Assembly (NCBI RefSeq): GCF_013139515.1
Contig: NZ_WTAR01000020.1
Coordinates: 988 to 64,987, forward strand
From: Lutibacter sp.
Lineage (GTDB): Bacteria; Bacteroidota; Bacteroidia; Flavobacteriales; Flavobacteriaceae
Direction of reading: 5' to 3'
DNA length: 64,000 nt
A model generated the notes under the pieces. It saw nothing but the letters and a program-made list of their open reading frames with translations. It had not been told where the DNA came from and searched no databases. Each line of letters opens with the position of its first letter. The stretch's first letter is position 1. Shown one piece after another: positions 60,340-64,000 of this stretch. The translations under genes were made by a program, and so were the position numbers.

Positions 60340-61674
60340 TTAAACAAAAGTAGGAACTTTTACCCAATCAAAGCGTACAATTCCATCTTCATCAATTTCA
60401 GTTAATTTTATTTGCTGAAGCGTGTTTACTAATTCAGGATTCCAAGGTGTTTTTACTTTTACGTAATTTTCAGTAAATCCGTGAATAAAACCTTCTTTGT
60501 TCTCACTTTCAAATAATACGGTTAGCTTATTTCCTAACTGACTTTCATAAAAAGCTCTACGCTTTTTAACAGACAATCCTCTCAACATTTTACTACGTTT
60601 TACACGTACTTTTTGAGGAACAATACCATCCATTTCAACAGCTTCAGTATTTGGTCTTTCAGAATACGTGAAAACGTGTAAATAAGAAATATCTAATTCG
60701 TTTAAATAATTATAAGTTTCTAAAAATAAAGCATCCGTTTCACCTGGAAACCCAATAATTACATCAACACCAATACAAGCGTTTGGCATTGTTTTTTTAA
60801 TTTCAGCAACTCTATTATCATACGTTTCACGCAAATAACGGCGTTTCATTAATTTTAGTAATGCATCACTTCCGCTTTGTAAAGGAATGTGAAAATGTGG
60901 TACAAAACTAGTTGAATTCGAAACAAAATTAATAGTTTCATTGGTTAGCAAATTAGGTTCAATTGATGAAATTCGTAAACGATGAATTCCTTCAACACTA
61001 TCTAACGCCTGTACTAATTCAAAAAATGTATGTTCGTGTTTTTTGTTTCCAAATTCACCTTTTCCGTAATCGCCAATATTTACACCTGTTAATACAATTT
61101 CTTTAATTCCTTTTTCTGAAATTTCTTTCGCATTTTGAAGTACATTTTCTAAGGTATCACTTCTTGAAATACCTCTGGCTAGAGGTATTGTACAATACGT
61201 ACATTTATAATCGCAACCATCTTGTACTTTTAAAAAGGCACGTGTTCTATCACCAATTGAGTAGGAACCAACATAAAAATCGGCTTCTTCAATTTCGCAA
61301 GAGTGCACTTCTCCCATTTCATTTTTTGAAAGATCGTTTATATAATCGGTTACCTTAAATTTTTCGGTAGCACCTAACACCATATCAACACCATCAACGG
61401 CGGCTAATTCCTCAGGTTTTAATTGCGCATAGCAACCTATGGCAATTAAAAAAGCATTTTCATTTTGTTTTAAAGCCGACTTTACAATTGTTTTAAAACG
61501 TTTATCAGCATTATCAGTGACTGAGCACGTGTTAATTACGTATATATCAGCTTTTTCATCAAAATCAACACGGTCAAAACCTTCATTTTGAAAATTTCGA
61601 GCAATAGTTGACGTTTCTGAAAAATTTAGTTTACACCCAAGTGTATAAAATGCGACTTTTTTTTGTGCGCTCAT
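60340..61674 (-). CDS. mtaB: tRNA threonylcarbamoyladenosine methylthiotransferase MtaB
   Basis: TLGCKLN, NTCSVT, GC, radical-SAM CDYKCTYC; real start MSAQKK at 61674; -7 element TACTTTTG at 61695-61702. Confidence 0.95.
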   Translation of the reverse strand: MSAQKKVAFYTLGCKLNFSETSTIARNFQNEGFDRVDFDEKADIYVINTCSVTDNADKRFKTIVKSALKQNENAFLIAIGCYAQLKPEELAAVDGVDMVLGATEKFKVTDYINDLSKNEMGEVHSCEIEEADFYVGSYSIGDRTRAFLKVQDGCDYKCTYCTIPLARGISRSDTLENVLQNAKEISEKGIKEIVLTGVNIGDYGKGEFGNKKHEHTFFELVQALDSVEGIHRLRISSIEPNLLTNETINFVSNSTSFVPHFHIPLQSGSDALLKLMKRRYLRETYDNRVAEIKKTMPNACIGVDVIIGFPGETDALFLETYNYLNELDISYLHVFTYSERPNTEAVEMDGIVPQKVRVKRSKMLRGLSVKKRRAFYESQLGNKLTVLFESENKEGFIHGFTENYVKVKTPWNPELVNTLQQIKLTEIDEDGIVRFDWVKVPTFV

Positions 61675-61750
61675 TCTTGTACATTTATAGGGTGCAAAAG
61701 TACTGAAATTTATTTTTATAATATGATAAGAATCTATAATCAAAACGTGT

Positions 61751-61813
61751 GGACACCTATTTTCACAGGTATGACAGGTCAAATAAGTGTCATTCCTGCG
61801 CAGGCAGGAATCC
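61751..61813. repeat. REP-like inverted doublet (left of the GIY-YIG gene)
   Basis: Unit A 61751-61776 (rc TGTCATACCTGTGAAAATAGGTGTCC) and unit B 61788-61813 (TGTCATTCCTGCGCAGGCAGGAATCC); each 26 nt with a 7-bp internal stem. Confidence 0.85.
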
Positions 61814-61863
61814 ATTGTACGTTATTGAGATTAATTAGGTAGGAACTCACAATAAGTGTATAA

Positions 61864-62177
61864 ATGAAAACTATCCATCAATATTATGTATATATCCTAG
61901 CAAGTAAGATTCGAGGAACTTTATATATTGGAATTACCAACGATTTACAACGAAGAGTATACGAGCATAAGGTTGGGATTAAAAAAGGTTTTACTGAAAA
62001 ATATGGAGTTAGTCTACTCATGTATTTTGAAATTTTTCAAAATGTGAGTGAAGCCATTGATAGAGAAAAGAATTTAAAAAATGGAAACGTGATTGGAAAA
62101 TCAAATTAATAGAAGAGGAAAATAAACCTTGGATTGATCTTGCAAAAGATTGGTATGATGATATTTTGATTGATTAG
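61864..62177 (+). pseudogene. Small GIY-YIG nuclease, frameshifted
   Basis: YYVYILAS...LYIG.TNDL.RRVYEH; after A6 run (62076-62081) the -1 frame continues KWKRDWKIKLIEEENKPWIDLAKDWYDDILID*, giving about 104 aa. Confidence 0.85.
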
Positions 62178-62180
62178 TAT

Positions 62181-62270
62181 GGATACCTGTTTTCACAGGT
62201 ATGACAGCAAAAGAAAAACGTTTGTCATTTCTGCACCCGCCTTCGCGAGCACAGGCTTCGGTAGGAATTT
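62181..62270. repeat. REP-like inverted doublet (right of the GIY-YIG gene), second unit with a loop insertion
   Basis: Unit C 62181-62206 GGATACCTGTTTTCACAGGTATGACA (24/26 identical to A); unit D from 62223 TGTCATTTCTGC[26 nt]GTAGGAATTT. Confidence 0.8.
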
Positions 62271-62307
62271 ATACCAAGTTTGTTACAATTCACAATTTAC
62301 AGCGTTT

Positions 62308-62317
62308 GGATACCTGT
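62308..62317. repeat. Truncated fifth REP-like unit
   Basis: GGATACCTGT equals the first 10 nt of unit C. Confidence 0.45.
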
Positions 62318-62405
62318 AGCCTAACATATAACTGCGAATGCAACCTAAAAATATAAATATGAAACCGATTTTAGGAAGTTCAGTGAAAACCAAAATAAAT
62401 AAAAA

Positions 62406-62729
62406 ATAGTTGAACTACACCAAAACCACCTTATTATGCAGTAATTTTCACTTCAATTAAAACTGAAGATGATAAAGGTTATACTATTATGTCAAATAAA
62501 ATGATTGAATTAGCAAAAGAACAAGAAGGGGTTTTAGGTATTGAATCTGCCAGAAATGAAGTAGGAATTACAGTTAGTTATTGGAATAGTTTGGAAGCAA
62601 TTAAAAAATGGAAATTCAATATAGAACATTCAGAAGCTAGAGAAAAGGGGGAGAAGTACTTGGTATCAAAAATTTAAAGTTAGAATTTGTAAAGTGGAAC
62701 GAGATTATGGGTTTGACATCTTCATTTAA
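62406..62729 (+). pseudogene. Antibiotic-biosynthesis-monooxygenase (ABM) family pseudogene
   Basis: TPKPPYYAVIFTS...GITVSYW.SLEAIKKWK...H..AREKG, then +1 shift at G5 (62647-62651) into RSTWYQKFKVRICKVERDYGF; 5' end also broken by TGA at 62411. Confidence 0.8.
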
Positions 62730-62739
62730 CATAAGTATA

Positions 62740-62826
62740 AAAGAAAAAGACATTTAACTTAATAAATGACGTTTTAAATGTTTTCACAACGGAATAATCC
62801 TTATTGTGAATTGCTTTCAAATTTGT
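62740..62826 (-). ncRNA. tracrRNA of a type II-C CRISPR-Cas9 system
   Basis: Minus strand reads UUUGAAAGCAAUUCACAAU-AAGGAUUAUUCCGUUGUGAAAACAUUU-AAAAC-GUCAUUUAUUAAGUUAAAUGUC-UUUUUCUUUU (anti-repeat, nexus, hairpins, U-tract); divergent from cas9; ends approximate. Confidence 0.85.
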
Positions 62827-62830
62827 ACTT

Positions 62831-62838
62831 CAAATATA
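62831..62838 (-). promoter_or_regulatory. -7 promoter element for the tracrRNA
   Basis: TATATTTG on the minus strand immediately upstream of the anti-repeat. Confidence 0.65.
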
Positions 62839-62924
62839 CTATTTTTTCTAGATAAACTTTATGATAAATATCAACTTTTAAAAGTTTTTATTTTTATAAA
62901 TTTAGTTTCTACAAAAAAAACGTT

Positions 62925-64000
62925 ATGAAAAAAATACTAGGCCTAGATTTAGGGACTAACAGTATCGGTTGGTCATTATTACAAACAGACTTTAATAAAA
63001 AGGAAGGAAATATAATTGGTGTTGGAAGTAGAATTATTCCAATGAGTCAAGATGTTTTAGGGAAATTTGACTCAGGGGTTTCTATTTCACAAACAGCAGA
63101 AAGGACAGGATACAGAGGTGTACGAAGGTTATTACAACGAAATTTATTACGTAGGGAACGTTTACATAGGGTTTTAAATGTGTTAGGTTTTTTACCAAAC
63201 CATTATGCCAATTCAATAGATTTTGAAAAACATTTGGGGCAATTTAAAGATAACACAGAGGTAAAACTTAATTACCGAAAAAATACAAAAGGGAAACACG
63301 AGTTTATTTTTATGGATTCTTTTAATGAAATGGTAAAAGAATTTAAAGCCAATGGACAAGAAATAAAAATCCCTTATGATTGGACGTTGTATTATTTGCG
63401 AAAAAAAGCATTGACCAAAAAAATAACCAAAGAAGAATTGGCTTGGGTTATTCTTAATTTTAATCAAAAAAGAGGGTACTATCAGTTGAGAGGAGAAGAG
63501 GAAGAGATTGTTGATGGTAAAACAAAAGAATATATTGCTTTAAAAGTAAAAGAGCTAATTGATTCGGGAGAAGTAATAAAGAAAACAGGAGATAAATTAT
63601 ATGATGTTGTTTTTGAGAATGATTGGAAGTACGATAAGCAAATTGTTAAAACAGAAAGCTGGAGTGGGAAAACAAAAGAATTTATAGTTACAAGTACTGT
63701 TAAAAAAGATGGAGAAATAAAAAGAACATTTAAAGCAGTAGATTCTGAACAAGATTGGATAGCCATAAAAACTAAAACAGAGCAAGATATTGAGTGTGCT
63801 AACAAAAGTGTAGGTCAGTTTATTTACGATACTCTTTTACAAAATCCTACACAAAAAATTAGAGGAAAATTAGTAAAAACAATTGAACGTAAGTTTTACA
63901 AAAAAGAATTTAAACAACTACTTGAAACTCAAATAAAATATCATTCTGAATTACTAAATAAAGATTTGTATGCTAAATGTGTAAACGAATTATATCCAAG
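62925..64000 (+). CDS. cas9: Type II-C CRISPR endonuclease Cas9, 5' part (runs off the window end)
   Basis: Manual translation MKKILGLDLGTNSIGWSLL (RuvC-I), bridge helix RTGYRGVRRLLQRNLLRRERLHRVL, YYLRKKAL, NFNQKRGYY; open to the window end. Confidence 0.96.
   Translation, partial: MKKILGLDLGTNSIGWSLLQTDFNKKEGNIIGVGSRIIPMSQDVLGKFDSGVSISQTAERTGYRGVRRLLQRNLLRRERLHRVLNVLGFLPNHYANSIDFEKHLGQFKDNTEVKLNYRKNTKGKHEFIFMDSFNEMVKEFKANGQEIKIPYDWTLYYLRKKALTKKITKEELAWVILNFNQKRGYYQLRGEEEEIVDGKTKEYIALKVKELIDSGEVIKKTGDKLYDVVFENDWKYDKQIVKTESWSGKTKEFIVTSTVKKDGEIKRTFKAVDSEQDWIAIKTKTEQDIECANKSVGQFIYDTLLQNPTQKIRGKLVKTIERKFYKKEFKQLLETQIKYHSELLNKDLYAKCVNELYP

Noticed and set aside
61675-61815. 47-aa N-terminal extension of MtaB in the ORF track (MDSCLRRND...)
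   Set aside because: It is the translation of the REP doublet and intergenic DNA; a -7 promoter at 61695-61702 lies inside it and homology starts at MSAQKK (61674)
62286-62296. CAATTCACAAT matches part of the tracr anti-repeat, suggesting a stray CRISPR repeat
   Set aside because: Only 11 nt in very AT-rich DNA, flanks do not match and there is no periodic repetition
62319-62325. GCCTAAC resembles an integron attC R'' core (RYYYAAC)
   Set aside because: No matching GTTRRRY arm at a suitable distance and no integrase in the window
62402-62416. In-frame TGA at 62411 as selenocysteine or readthrough in the ABM gene
   Set aside because: Another stop (TAA 62396) and no start codon upstream in that frame; simple decay is more parsimonious
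749-63805. Short antisense or overlapping ORFs in the track (e.g. 749-1045, 4767-4961, 6582-6824, 10383-10628, 30472-30672, 59924-60343, 63213-63467, 63482-63805)
   Set aside because: They lie opposite or within well-supported genes and show no motifs; shadow ORFs
62730-64000. CRISPR array and cas1/cas2
   Set aside because: Not present in the window; expected downstream of the truncated cas9
1-64000. tRNA, rRNA or IS transposase genes
   Set aside because: None recognised; nearly all space is accounted for by CDS and short intergenic regions

Overview
AT-rich chromosomal window of a Bacteroidota/Flavobacteriaceae bacterium, inferred from TAnnTTTG -7 promoters, a T9SS C-terminal domain, a ccoNO fusion and a Bacteroidota-type Cas9. 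It is mostly housekeeping genes (ribB, lptF/G, lolA, ftsK, purB, mnmA, mtaB). A microaerobic-energy block comprises an Fnr-like regulator with a visible palindromic box, ccoI-ccoS-ccoNO-Q-P-G-H and tandem ppk2. A group 3d NAD-coupled [NiFe]-hydrogenase operon (hoxF-hoxUY-hoxH-hoxW) has HoxU and HoxY fused and no hyp genes in the window. A co-oriented TolC/MFP/RND/PII-like/DUF2892 cluster is followed by a His/Cys-rich small ORF ending in a RAPP ribosome-arrest-like motif, 39 nt upstream of a TonB-dependent receptor; this candidate metal-sensing arrest leader is the top finding. The right end is an accessory patch: a frameshifted GIY-YIG nuclease flanked by REP-like doublets, an ABM pseudogene, a tracrRNA and the 5' 1.08 kb of a type II-C cas9 (absent from the ORF track). 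No tRNA, rRNA or CRISPR array was recognised. All family assignments come from reading motifs, not from database searches.
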